64,000 nt of DNA from a virus (IMGVR_UViG_3300028376_000003:1-64000); one strand, 5' to 3'; counted from the stretch's first letter, positions 1 to 9,991 are shown. Notes: a model not told the origin generated them from the sequence alone. Program-made: numbers and translations.

Positions 1-35
1 AATATATATGTTATATAAAAAATAGATAAAAAGCA

Positions 36-416
36 ATGAAGCACCTAAAAACATTTGAAAGTTTTGACCTTGGAAGATTTTCAGAAGAAGATGAAAACGA
101 ATGGATGGAAGATAGTGAAAATAACGAAGAGGGTGAAGAATCAGAACTAGAGGATGAACTTATGGATGATCAGTACTCAGATGAAGGTGAGGAAGATTTA
201 AATGACGAGAAAAGAGAAGAAATTAAAAAGAAGTTAAGTGATAAAGTAGTTGAATCTTTAACAGATAAACAAAAGAAGTTACCCAAGAAATTAAAGGCAG
301 AAATCATTAAAAAAGATGAAGATGAGTATTTAACTGCTAAACAAAAAAAATTACCAATACATTTGAAAGATTCTATAATCAAGAAAGCTAAGAAAAATAA
401 AAAAGATAAAAAATAA
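36..416 (+). CDS. Small acidic/basic protein with MKHLKTFESF leader (putative internal head protein)
   Basis: Shared N-terminal leader; D/E-rich first half, K-rich second half with LTxKQKKLP twice; AATATATA at 1-8. Confidence 0.6.
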   Translation: MKHLKTFESFDLGRFSEEDENEWMEDSENNEEGEESELEDELMDDQYSDEGEEDLNDEKREEIKKKLSDKVVESLTDKQKKLPKKLKAEIIKKDEDEYLTAKQKKLPIHLKDSIIKKAKKNKKDKK

Positions 417-441
417 AAAATGCCCTCTAAGGGCATTTTTT
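415..441. terminator. Bidirectional intrinsic terminator
   Basis: AAAAAATGCCC-TCTAA-GGGCATTTTTT between convergent genes. Confidence 0.85.
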
Positions 442-2101
442 ATTTAACATTTATTGTTTTTATCGCATTTTGAAACCAATGTGGTAAGAATTTGCTAGAA
501 TATCTAATCACGTCTCCAAAAGAGGAATCTATTATTATAGTATCTCCATAATCTAACTTAGACCTAACTATTCTACCACAAGCTTGTTGTAGAAGTGCTG
601 ATGTCATCCATGAATACCAATCAGAGTTTTGCTTTTGTCTTAGTTTATTCTTTTTAGATGCCAATGATGGGTATGGTATTTTAGCAATTATCTGAAACCT
701 AGCATCATCATTATCAAACGAAACACCAGTACCAACAGATGGTGAAACTAATACAGTTGGTTCTTTTGATTCTTTGTGCATTTTAAGCATTTCATCCTTA
801 TTTGACGAGTCATGGAATATAAGTCTTGGATTTTCAATACTTTCTTGTATCCATCTTTGTAATTCAAAAGAATTTGTATGTATTATTCCTTTCTTACCTT
901 TATATTTATTAAGTATTTTTTTAATATAAGGTATGTAATTTTTAAAAGTTTGTTCTTTATTTTTAAATGACATTTTACCAAGTGGCATATAAAATATTGG
1001 CCTTGATTTAACATTGAATGGTGAAGGTATATTATAGTATGTAGCTCTTTTAACATCCAATCCATTTAGGTTGCAAAACAGTTCTTTATTTAAAATTGTC
1101 CCTGACATCAAAAACACCATATCATATTGACTAAATATGTATTTATCAAGGTAATCGTAAGCCCAGACAGGCTCTAATGATAATTCTCTCTTTTTAGTCT
1201 TCTCATTAAAAATTGCTTCAACTACCCAGTTATCAGGATTTATTTTATATTCTTTTAAAAAAAGTTCTATCTTTATAGCCAATTGTTTAAGATCTGTTAT
1301 TAAGTTCATTAATTTAACATCTGGGTTTTTATTACTGTTAAGAACTTTATCTAGTCTAAGATTTCTTTTTTCTTTTTTCTGGTCTCTTTTAACAGATGAT
1401 AAGTTCATTTCCATTCCCTCAATAGTATCTACTATTTCATTACTTAGGTATTGTAGAAAATCAACATATTTTTCAATACCTTTAACATATTCTAGTTCTC
1501 TTAATAGCTCTTTTTCTCGTGAAAACTTATATCGCTTGATCATAGCATGTGTCACTTTTACAGAGATAAAACTAGACATCACATCGTCAAACTGATGGCT
1601 TTCGTCAACAATCAAAACTTTAGAATTTCTCCTTTCCATTACTTTTGTGTTGTTCATAGCATAAAGAATATAAAGGTAAAAATTACTTAAAGATATGCCA
1701 CCATTTATAAAGTTTTCTCTTGCAGATGTATAAGGACATTCTTCACACTTGGTCTTGTTAAGTTTATTAAATTCAGATCCCTGTGCACATGAACAAGCAT
1801 AACTGGCACACTCATAATTATCTTTTCCTTTTAAGTTTGCTATTGATTCGTAAGTGTCTGAATACTGATCTTGTAATATTTTAGTATTTGTTATGACATC
1901 TACTCTAGTTGCTTTATTTACATTTTTCCTATACCAGTCAGTAATCATAAATGTTAGGTGTGATTTACCAGTACCAACTGGTAAATCTAATAGGAAAAAC
2001 TTCTTCAATGGATTAGACTTATACTCCGAATCTATAAACTCCATAGTTTCTCGTTGCTCTTTCCTTGGTTTAAATTTGGTTAAGTCTTTTTTAAATGACA
2101 T
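440..2101 (-). CDS. DinG/YoaA/XPD-family SF2 helicase
   Basis: Walker A DLPVGTGKS, DESH, SGT, QQACGRIVRS; Cys cluster NYECASYACSC...KCEECPY at the Fe-S position. Confidence 0.85.
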   Translation of the reverse strand: MSFKKDLTKFKPRKEQRETMEFIDSEYKSNPLKKFFLLDLPVGTGKSHLTFMITDWYRKNVNKATRVDVITNTKILQDQYSDTYESIANLKGKDNYECASYACSCAQGSEFNKLNKTKCEECPYTSARENFINGGISLSNFYLYILYAMNNTKVMERRNSKVLIVDESHQFDDVMSSFISVKVTHAMIKRYKFSREKELLRELEYVKGIEKYVDFLQYLSNEIVDTIEGMEMNLSSVKRDQKKEKRNLRLDKVLNSNKNPDVKLMNLITDLKQLAIKIELFLKEYKINPDNWVVEAIFNEKTKKRELSLEPVWAYDYLDKYIFSQYDMVFLMSGTILNKELFCNLNGLDVKRATYYNIPSPFNVKSRPIFYMPLGKMSFKNKEQTFKNYIPYIKKILNKYKGKKGIIHTNSFELQRWIQESIENPRLIFHDSSNKDEMLKMHKESKEPTVLVSPSVGTGVSFDNDDARFQIIAKIPYPSLASKKNKLRQKQNSDWYSWMTSALLQQACGRIVRSKLDYGDTIIIDSSFGDVIRYSSKFLPHWFQNAIKTINVK

Positions 2102-2118
2102 ATTTTTTATTATTTATA

Positions 2119-2145
2119 TTTATAGTTATGTAAATTATTTAGTTT
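2119..2145 (-). promoter_or_regulatory. AAAC-N17-TATAAA promoter (putative middle class)
   Basis: Same spacing recurs upstream of several non-structural genes. Confidence 0.6.
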
Positions 2146-2158
2146 ATTATTTTATCTA

Positions 2159-3781
2159 TTATTTTAAACTTAAATCTATATCTCTTGGTATGTCAAGTAA
2201 GTCTCTAAAATAGTTATTGTCTAGTTCTTTCCCATCTTTTATTATTTCTTTAATATTTATATCTGGGACCCACATAAAAACCTTTGAGTTTATGTGTTGC
2301 TTTATTTTACGAAGTCTTACTAAGTAAGAGAATATATCTGATTCTAAGTATTTCTTAAAAACCAATAATTCTTCTTCTGTATCAAAATCAAAGAATGTAA
2401 ATGATTGACTACAAATTTCTCCTGGTTTAGCTATCACGCTTCGGTTATAAAATTCTTGATCCATTCCTCCTTTTTTACTAGTTGCAGGTAGAAGTAACTT
2501 CCATCTACCAATCTTCTTTAAACGAACATCAACACCTGATATATATTTAATATTACCCTTATACCTAGAAACGTGGCATTTGTACTGCCCTACGTGATAC
2601 AACCTCTTATCATTAGTTATTATTCCAAAATGTATTTCAGAATTTAACCTATATGTTATATTTTTTTTATTTATTACTTTTTCTATTATTAAGAATGAAT
2701 TCTTAGAAGTATCATTTGGTATTATATCATATTTAGACAAATCAACATACTCACCATTTACAAGCACATCATCTTTTGGATTACTTTCACTATCAATCAT
2801 AGAAATAATTGCACCCCCTTTTAAATCAAAGTCTTCAAATACCTTGTTATCATCTACTTTGTATATTTCTCTAAGACCAAGCTTATTTATCATTCTATTT
2901 CTAAAATCACTTCTACCAACTTTACCAAGCCACTTACCAGGTGATGTACTAGTAGATAGTTTTGATATAGTGGTTGCTTTTTCTATAAAGTTATGATAAA
3001 CATCTTTAAATGAGTCTGTCTTTTCGTTTACTTTTTTAAACGGTGGGTCTTGTATTATAAGATCAAACCTTTTTATTCCCCAAACTTCTTCCATATGGTA
3101 TTCGAAGTTATCATCTATAAAATCTCCCCAATAAATATTTAGTCTATATTCACTTTTTATATCAACACAACAGAGCCAGACAAAACATGTTTTTAAATCT
3201 TTATCCCCAAAATATATACAGTTTTCAATAATCCATTTAAACCTATCTCTCTCGTTTGTAATAATATTTTTTAGACCTTCCATAAATTTCTTTATAGCTA
3301 GTATAAGCAGACTACCACTACCACCACATGGATCTAGTATTTTATGATATGGATTTTCCCAAAATGAATTATTGTATCTGCTTACCATATCAATCATAGG
3401 TATACCTAGCTTATCTAAAGGTGTTACTACTTTTGTATCTATCCTTTTCTCTAGGTCTGAAATATGAATATAAGAAGATAATATATTATATATTTTATCT
3501 AGCTTTTCTATTATTGATGTTTTCTCATACGAGATATTATTTATTAATGACCATTTATATCTATCATCGCCTAGAGTGCTTAGAATACCATGTCTTTTAT
3601 CTACAACGTCTTGTGTCTTTATATAGTCATTTAATTCTATATCATCAGAAAATCTATCTAATGCAACATCTTCTATACATGTAATAAATAAAGATGATTG
3701 TCTAGAAAGTAAGTAACTTTGGTAAACATCTGAGGAACATCTAAAATCTTCACTATGTGTGTTTTTAATATCTAATATCAT
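2159..3781 (-). CDS. Gamma-class (Eco57I-like) N6-adenine DNA methyltransferase with C-terminal target recognition region
   Basis: Motif I ILDPCGGSGS followed by motif IV IIQDPPF; long C-terminal TRD-like region. Confidence 0.75.
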   Translation of the reverse strand: MILDIKNTHSEDFRCSSDVYQSYLLSRQSSLFITCIEDVALDRFSDDIELNDYIKTQDVVDKRHGILSTLGDDRYKWSLINNISYEKTSIIEKLDKIYNILSSYIHISDLEKRIDTKVVTPLDKLGIPMIDMVSRYNNSFWENPYHKILDPCGGSGSLLILAIKKFMEGLKNIITNERDRFKWIIENCIYFGDKDLKTCFVWLCCVDIKSEYRLNIYWGDFIDDNFEYHMEEVWGIKRFDLIIQDPPFKKVNEKTDSFKDVYHNFIEKATTISKLSTSTSPGKWLGKVGRSDFRNRMINKLGLREIYKVDDNKVFEDFDLKGGAIISMIDSESNPKDDVLVNGEYVDLSKYDIIPNDTSKNSFLIIEKVINKKNITYRLNSEIHFGIITNDKRLYHVGQYKCHVSRYKGNIKYISGVDVRLKKIGRWKLLLPATSKKGGMDQEFYNRSVIAKPGEICSQSFTFFDFDTEEELLVFKKYLESDIFSYLVRLRKIKQHINSKVFMWVPDINIKEIIKDGKELDNNYFRDLLDIPRDIDLSLK

Positions 3782-3793
3782 TTGTTTATTTGT

Positions 3794-5470
3794 TTATTTG
3801 TTTTTATAGTTAGATATCCTATTTTGTTTAAGTAATTCTATTGGCGATAGAGAATTTAATAAAGCACGTTTCTTAGATTCGTTAGTTTGTTTGTCAATAA
3901 TTTCTATCTTATGTAAAATGGATTCTATAAAATAGGCTTTTTTATTTTTCCTATCAAGTCGGTTTAGTCCATCGTCTTGGTAGACTAGTTCTGACTCTGC
4001 CATATCTTCTCCTATTGAAACTTCAAATCTAGGATCAAATCCCCACCTATCTCTCATATCTTGTATAGTAAAAGCAAGTTGGTCTTTAGTAAATTCACTT
4101 CTACTATCCCAATATGGTAGAATTACTGCACAGTATGGCTTTACCCATTTAGACAAATCATTATTATTTATCAAGCCTTTTCTGATATTACTTCTATCCA
4201 TTTTATGAAGTCTAGTAGAACGACCAACGTTTTGTATTATTTTTGCCCTAGTTGGCATTTTGCCTTGTAAAAACATAACACCAGTTATACCTGGTACATT
4301 TATACCTTCGCTAAATATATCATACTGTAGTATAATTACTTTTTCATCATCTTTTATCTTTTGTATCTTATCCACAAATTCATCTCTACTCTTAATCCAT
4401 TCATTATTTATAGCATGGTTGCATTCTTTATCTTTGTTGTATGATGCACCAGCACATATAGTGACATCAGGCATAATTTCAGTTAGTACTTTATGCATAT
4501 CCCACATTCTGGGTACAGACTCACACCTAATTAATATTTTGGGTGATATGGTTTTTGGTTCGTTAGAATTCTTCTTTAACCATTCTTTATGTGATTTGAA
4601 TGTATCTTTTACAAACTTAGATTTATTTTCAATAGAGTCGTAGTTTTTATCCTCCAATATCTCGGAAGGTAGTGATATATGTATAATTGGCGTTGATATA
4701 TATGATTTCTGAATACATTTTTTGAAAGGAACTTGGTAGATGTCACCAAATATGTCCTTGTTGTTCATTAGGAATATTTCTGATGACTCATCCTCTTTTA
4801 TAAGTTCCTTGTCAACATCTTTTGGAGTGGCAGTGAAGAAGAAACGCCTCTTAGTATTTATTATTTCATAGGACTTTTTAAAATCAGAGTCTTCTTTTTC
4901 AGATGCTAATATATGAGCCTCGTCACAATATATAATATCTAGGTCTATGTCTTTTAATTTATTAAGGCTATTATAGGTTGATATAATAACTGTTTTAAAG
5001 CCATTATAGTCATTATCTCTAACTATCTGATTTATCTCTCCTGTGCTTAAAGATGATCTAAATATTCTATCTACTGTAAGCCTAGAACTTATATCTTGTG
5101 TTGTATTATAATCGAATAGTGAGTTATTAAAATTTCTAGCTAGTACTTTATCTTTTTGTAAGACTTTATTAATATCAAGCGACATAGATCCAACTGTTAG
5201 AAACTTTACTTTGCCTATTAGTTTTAACTCACAAAAAAAGTCTATCAAATCCTTTAGGTGTTGGTTATTTAAACTAAGACGATGGCTTGCTATTGCAACT
5301 TTTGTATCTCTTGTCTTTATCAACCTCCAAAGTATGTGCAAAATCATAACATAACCCTTTCCAACACCAGTAGGTACTCTGAATTGGTGTCTTGTATTAT
5401 TCTGTAAGAGTTTAAACATTTCCCTTTGATCATCATTAAGTGTTAATAGTATTTCTTTTATATCTCTCAT
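3794..5470 (-). CDS. SF2 DEAH helicase/ATPase, restriction (ResIII/Type ISP) type
   Basis: PTGVGKG, STYNSL, DEAH, TATPK, SEGINVPG, IIQNVGRSTR. Confidence 0.85.
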   Translation of the reverse strand: MRDIKEILLTLNDDQREMFKLLQNNTRHQFRVPTGVGKGYVMILHILWRLIKTRDTKVAIASHRLSLNNQHLKDLIDFFCELKLIGKVKFLTVGSMSLDINKVLQKDKVLARNFNNSLFDYNTTQDISSRLTVDRIFRSSLSTGEINQIVRDNDYNGFKTVIISTYNSLNKLKDIDLDIIYCDEAHILASEKEDSDFKKSYEIINTKRRFFFTATPKDVDKELIKEDESSEIFLMNNKDIFGDIYQVPFKKCIQKSYISTPIIHISLPSEILEDKNYDSIENKSKFVKDTFKSHKEWLKKNSNEPKTISPKILIRCESVPRMWDMHKVLTEIMPDVTICAGASYNKDKECNHAINNEWIKSRDEFVDKIQKIKDDEKVIILQYDIFSEGINVPGITGVMFLQGKMPTRAKIIQNVGRSTRLHKMDRSNIRKGLINNNDLSKWVKPYCAVILPYWDSRSEFTKDQLAFTIQDMRDRWGFDPRFEVSIGEDMAESELVYQDDGLNRLDRKNKKAYFIESILHKIEIIDKQTNESKKRALLNSLSPIELLKQNRISNYKNK

Positions 5471-6159
5471 ATTTTATAGCTATAATTCTTTTTGGAATAC
5501 ATCTCAGTTAGTCTATCAGTTTCCATACTTTTTATGCTTTCATAAACAACCTCTTCATATGAATCCCAAAATGCTTGGTTGTTATCAATTAGCTTACATA
5601 TAGATTCTTGATTTATTATTCGGTAAAGACCATTGAATACTTGTGAGTTTGTATACCAGTGGAGACCTGCACAGTTTGTAAATATAACCATAGAGTCTTT
5701 CCTAGCATAGTCAACATTGAAATCTGTTATGCTTTTAAGACCAAATTGTTTTACATCTCTCTCTTTGAGTTCATACGTTGGATTATTTCTAAACTTTACT
5801 TGTACAGTACATGGACCACCTTCAATATTCTTACCATATCCGTCTACCCCATTATCATCTTCTGCTGGTACTGGTAAGTAGTCATATACACCTATTCTAT
5901 TGTCTTTGCCGTAAATTATGAAGAACACCTCTGCAAATATTTCAAATAAATCCCCTGCAAACTTCATAGTACCTAGTTTTAGAGCTTCTTCTATTTCTAA
6001 ATCACTATATCCATACTCTAATGAAGATTTACTAATTAAGCTTATTTGTTTACAAATATTTGAAAAATTACCAGCAGATGCCATCATTGAGAAGTATTGT
6101 CCAAAATCTTTCTGAACAATATTGTAAAAAGCTTCATGTTTTATTATATTATCTTTCAT
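5467..6159 (-). CDS. Mrr-like PD-(D/E)xK endonuclease
   Basis: GDLFEIFAE...DNGVDG...VQVKF; stop overlaps the helicase start (ATGA). Confidence 0.7.
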   Translation of the reverse strand: MKDNIIKHEAFYNIVQKDFGQYFSMMASAGNFSNICKQISLISKSSLEYGYSDLEIEEALKLGTMKFAGDLFEIFAEVFFIIYGKDNRIGVYDYLPVPAEDDNGVDGYGKNIEGGPCTVQVKFRNNPTYELKERDVKQFGLKSITDFNVDYARKDSMVIFTNCAGLHWYTNSQVFNGLYRIINQESICKLIDNNQAFWDSYEEVVYESIKSMETDRLTEMYSKKNYSYKI

Positions 6160-7933
6160 AAGTAAATTTTAGTGATCCTATATCCCATATTCTATAATGG
6201 TGTTGTTCGTGCATTATGTCAACTTCAGTTTTATTTATATCATATCCATTCGAAACTAATATGTCTTTTCTAAAGTTGAACCTATTCTTTCTATTATAAT
6301 CTATTATATAGAAGTAATTTGATATTGTTTTGTTTAAATACTTGAAATTTAACTTTTTGTATAAATTACCCTCGCTCCAACGATAGTCAGCATAGCTTAG
6401 AATATAATTGGGATTGTATTTTTTTAAAAAATACTTAAATAATTTTGATGCACCACCCATTATAGAAAATCCTCTTTTGTTACAGAACCTAAGAAGTTCA
6501 TAATAGTCTTTTTTGCTCTTCTGTCCTAAATTCTTTCTAAGAGAACCAAATGTTATAAGCGATACTAATTCATCCTCATAGAATAATCCTATCTTTACTT
6601 TAGATCCAACAAATCCTTGTAGATGGTTATCGTTTAAAAATGTTCTAATTAGACTATTGTCCTTTATTTCTCGTATATCACATTTCCTTGCACCAATTTT
6701 TTTAGACTTCCCATACAAGTTAATTAATCTATATTTTATTATTTCTTTTTTATCTTTCCACTCATCGCTGAATATTATAACATCAAAGTCTTCCTTGGTC
6801 ATTTTATCTGAGCTAAATATTTCGCTATATTTTATGATATCACAATATTTTATCTTTAATTTTTTAGATGTTATGACATCATTTAATAATATTGCAGTAT
6901 TGTCCATGCTTCTAATAAACATAAATAGCTCAGTTATATTTGAGTTGTTTTCTGCCTTTTCGAATATATATTTAAAATCTTTTATATGTATAACTATCTC
7001 TTGGTTATCACTATCAAGGCAGATACATGTTTTTTTGTTTCTTTTTACAAGCTTATACTTTTCTTTTTTATAGTAGAAATACTCATTTTTATTTATCAGA
7101 AACTTGTTTTGTTTAATATTGTCAGAATCATTCTTATATTTAAAATAATACCTAGTGGGGTCTTTGATATCGCCTCTGCAACACTTAGATATTATAGACT
7201 CATTTATGTTAGTTTCTAGTGATGCAGATTTGACTGAATCAAATAGATTTATATAATTCATATCTAGGTCAAACATTTCAACTTCTTTATTAAATACTTG
7301 ACAAGCCTTTCTTATACTCTCATTTGAAACCTTATTTGCTCTGTGTTTTTTAAGTTTAGCTTTTACATCATCACTATGTGTCTTTCCATACATAGGGTGG
7401 TTATTTCCACTTATTAAATTAGAATGGTTGTCTTTGGTTTCTTCACTATGTTTCTTGCCATAAAAACCATTTCCCTTTCCCTTTTGCATGTCTGACATTT
7501 TGTTTAAAATTTCTTTTTTATGATTCCACTTTAGATTCTTAGCTAAATAGGTTTTTGATATTTTATTTTTTGTTATTTGAGAAGGTTTACTACTAAGCCT
7601 ACCATCACCACCATCAGTTAAATTTATTAATGTACCAGCTGATTTGTCTCTTCTTCCAATAACCTTAATATATTCCTTTTCATACAGAATAGCATCTTCG
7701 TTAGATAATTCTATTTTTATTTTAAAACTTATAATCTCAATACCTTCTTCTTTGAGCTTTGATATCTTGTTTCTTTTAAAGGGGGATTTATCATGTAGTG
7801 TTTCTTTTATTCTATTACCAATCCCCTTACCTATGTAAAAGGGTTCATAATTGAAAGTTATATTTTTATAAGCATAGTCACCAGGTTTAGACGAATCTAA
7901 TAGTGCATAAACATAGTAATTATCTTTCATCAT
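6149..7933 (-). CDS. Free-standing homing endonuclease: GIY-YIG-like domain, NUMOD3/NUMOD1-type DNA-binding repeats, C-terminal Hef-like domain
   Basis: YYVYAL...FYIGKG...R; FYGKKHSEETK and MYGKTHSDDVK; FDSVKSAS...ISKCC; C-terminal FLNDNHLQG...ELLRFC...GGASKL...SYADYRWSEG. Confidence 0.75.
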   Translation of the reverse strand: MMKDNYYVYALLDSSKPGDYAYKNITFNYEPFYIGKGIGNRIKETLHDKSPFKRNKISKLKEEGIEIISFKIKIELSNEDAILYEKEYIKVIGRRDKSAGTLINLTDGGDGRLSSKPSQITKNKISKTYLAKNLKWNHKKEILNKMSDMQKGKGNGFYGKKHSEETKDNHSNLISGNNHPMYGKTHSDDVKAKLKKHRANKVSNESIRKACQVFNKEVEMFDLDMNYINLFDSVKSASLETNINESIISKCCRGDIKDPTRYYFKYKNDSDNIKQNKFLINKNEYFYYKKEKYKLVKRNKKTCICLDSDNQEIVIHIKDFKYIFEKAENNSNITELFMFIRSMDNTAILLNDVITSKKLKIKYCDIIKYSEIFSSDKMTKEDFDVIIFSDEWKDKKEIIKYRLINLYGKSKKIGARKCDIREIKDNSLIRTFLNDNHLQGFVGSKVKIGLFYEDELVSLITFGSLRKNLGQKSKKDYYELLRFCNKRGFSIMGGASKLFKYFLKKYNPNYILSYADYRWSEGNLYKKLNFKYLNKTISNYFYIIDYNRKNRFNFRKDILVSNGYDINKTEVDIMHEQHHYRIWDIGSLKFTYER

Positions 7934-7971
7934 CTGAATTATTTACTTATATATTATATGACTTCGCCTAC

Positions 7972-9498
7972 CTATATTTCAGATTCTAGCCTAGATATCT
8001 TATTAGTAAGGCGTTTAAGTTCTTCTTTTTTCTGCATCATAATTTTTTTATTCTTCTTTCTATCTGCATATACATCTTCTAACATTCTAAGTGTTGGTGA
8101 TAAACGCTTGTTAAACACTGTTCCATTGGCACACACGACATGATTTACACTATCTATTGGTTTTTCGTTGGTACATCTTGTTTTATCATTTGGTTTTTGG
8201 ATACCAACGAAGTTTTCTGGTGATATGAAAAATTGCCTTTGTGTTGTTGGATATAGAGAAGCAAAATCATAACAAACAACCCACTGATTAAGCCCCACAA
8301 CAGGATCTCTAACCCATCCACCTTTTATTGTGGACTGTACAGGTCCTCTATCTTCTTTAAACAAAACAGTATTATCTTGTTCCCTGAATCTGTTTCTAAG
8401 GACACCTTCTGTTATTGCTAATGATGCTAACGAGTTGTTCATATGAGATATAACATCCACAATTCTTATTCTTGATAATGATGATATAGCAAATATTATT
8501 GATATATAATTTCTAGATTCGTGTATTTTTTGTACTAAGACTGAATCAACTGCATTATAATACATAAAAGTTTCGAAGTCATCTTCATATAGCTTTTGTA
8601 AAGAACCATTGTATTTTATTTTCTCCACATCAACTAGCTTACTAGCTACAAAATCTAGAGAAGAACTTTCTTTAACTTTGATAGATGTGTCTGCTATTTC
8701 ATATAGTTGCATATAGTCAAATACCATTCTATGTGCAGGTAGTTCAAATTCAGCACCCCATTGTTTAGTTATTTTATTAGTAAGTGACGATACTTTAGGA
8801 TCTATGACATATTCTTTTCCGTTAATTGTTTTAGAAAGTTTTCTAGATCTATTTACTAGGTATAACCAGTCATACTTTAAAAAGTTCCAACCAGTTAAGA
8901 CTGGCATTTTTGGAATCATTTTATGAAAGAAGTTATACATCATATCAAACTCGTCATCGTATTTAACATATCTTAATTTGTATTCAACACCAAATTTTTC
9001 AAAATACTTGTTAGTGTTGTTTCTTATACGATCTTGCATGGCTTTAGGCATATCTTTAAGACCTAATAGGATAATTTTATCATCGTATACAATTGATATT
9101 GATAAGACTTTTGTTGCTGCTCCTTCTTTTACTAGATTTTCGTCATTATCATATACATCTGCTGCTTCTGGAAATCCATCTACAATTTCTGTCTCAATGT
9201 CAATAAAGAATATTTTAGGAGTATTGAATGCAAATATTTCATCCTTTTCTTCTTCTGGGAGAGCATCTAAAAATTCATATACAGTGTATCTATCGGGATA
9301 TGATACCTCTACTTGTTTAACTCTCTTATCATCCCACGATTTGTACTTTGGGTGTTGGTACGGGTCATCATCTTGACAAGTCTCATACTTCATTGGATTA
9401 TCCCAATTATAGTATTTTAATTTTATATCACCTGATTTATCAACATAACTAACAACTAATTTCTTTTTGTGTTTCAGATATTGTGTTTCTACTAGCAT
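7972..9498 (-). CDS. Family B DNA polymerase, N-terminal part (exonuclease plus motif A); gp43A-like split subunit
   Basis: ExoI FIDIETE, ExoII TGWNFLKYD, ExoIII YNAVDS, motif A YDFASLYP; ends before KxxxNSxYG and YGDTDS; ATG 9498 preferred because a promoter lies at 9520-9547. Confidence 0.85.
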   Translation of the reverse strand: MLVETQYLKHKKKLVVSYVDKSGDIKLKYYNWDNPMKYETCQDDDPYQHPKYKSWDDKRVKQVEVSYPDRYTVYEFLDALPEEEKDEIFAFNTPKIFFIDIETEIVDGFPEAADVYDNDENLVKEGAATKVLSISIVYDDKIILLGLKDMPKAMQDRIRNNTNKYFEKFGVEYKLRYVKYDDEFDMMYNFFHKMIPKMPVLTGWNFLKYDWLYLVNRSRKLSKTINGKEYVIDPKVSSLTNKITKQWGAEFELPAHRMVFDYMQLYEIADTSIKVKESSSLDFVASKLVDVEKIKYNGSLQKLYEDDFETFMYYNAVDSVLVQKIHESRNYISIIFAISSLSRIRIVDVISHMNNSLASLAITEGVLRNRFREQDNTVLFKEDRGPVQSTIKGGWVRDPVVGLNQWVVCYDFASLYPTTQRQFFISPENFVGIQKPNDKTRCTNEKPIDSVNHVVCANGTVFNKRLSPTLRMLEDVYADRKKNKKIMMQKKEELKRLTNKISRLESEI

Positions 9499-9564
9499 AA
9501 CTAAATTTTTTATATATCTCTTATAGTAGAAGTAAACCAAAAAGTTATAAATTATTTTAAAAAT

Positions 9565-9598
9565 AAAAAATCACTCCATTTACATAGAGTGATTTTTT
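9565..9598 (-). terminator. Intrinsic terminator
   Basis: AAAAAATCACTC-N10-GAGTGATTTTTT downstream of 9629..9991. Confidence 0.8.
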
Positions 9599-9628
9599 GT
9601 TTAATTTAATATAGACTATGTGTCCGTT

Positions 9629-9991
9629 TTACCTTCTTACACCACTAGCATCACTTGCTAATCTTTTAAAATCTGTTGTTCCCTTGTCATATACAACATA
9701 AGTGATTTTCTTATTACGGCCACCCTTTCTCATATCTAATTTTCCTAGATAATCATTCTCTTTAGCTTGCTCTTGTAAGCCTTTCTTATCAAATGAAAAA
9801 GAATCCTCATCTTTTTTGACTTTGGCTTCAGCATCAGATAGTTCTTTCATAAAAGCTTTTTTTGCTTTATTAAAATCTTCCTTACTTTCATGGCCTTTAA
9901 AGAATTTTTTAACAGCTTTTTTACCTTTGTTAAAACTATCTTTCATACCTTCATTAGTAGAGAAGCTTTCAAATGTTTTTAAATTTTTCAT
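9629..9991 (-). CDS. Basic small protein with MKNLKTFESF leader (putative internal head protein)
   Basis: Shared leader; AATATATA box at 10024-10031 (-). Confidence 0.6.
   Translation of the reverse strand: MKNLKTFESFSTNEGMKDSFNKGKKAVKKFFKGHESKEDFNKAKKAFMKELSDAEAKVKKDEDSFSFDKKGLQEQAKENDYLGKLDMRKGGRNKKITYVVYDKGTTDFKRLASDASGVRR

Noticed and set aside
6149-7971. Group I intron splitting polB and encoding the endonuclease
   Set aside because: No polymerase exon 2 follows the endonuclease, and there is no non-coding space for a ribozyme core.
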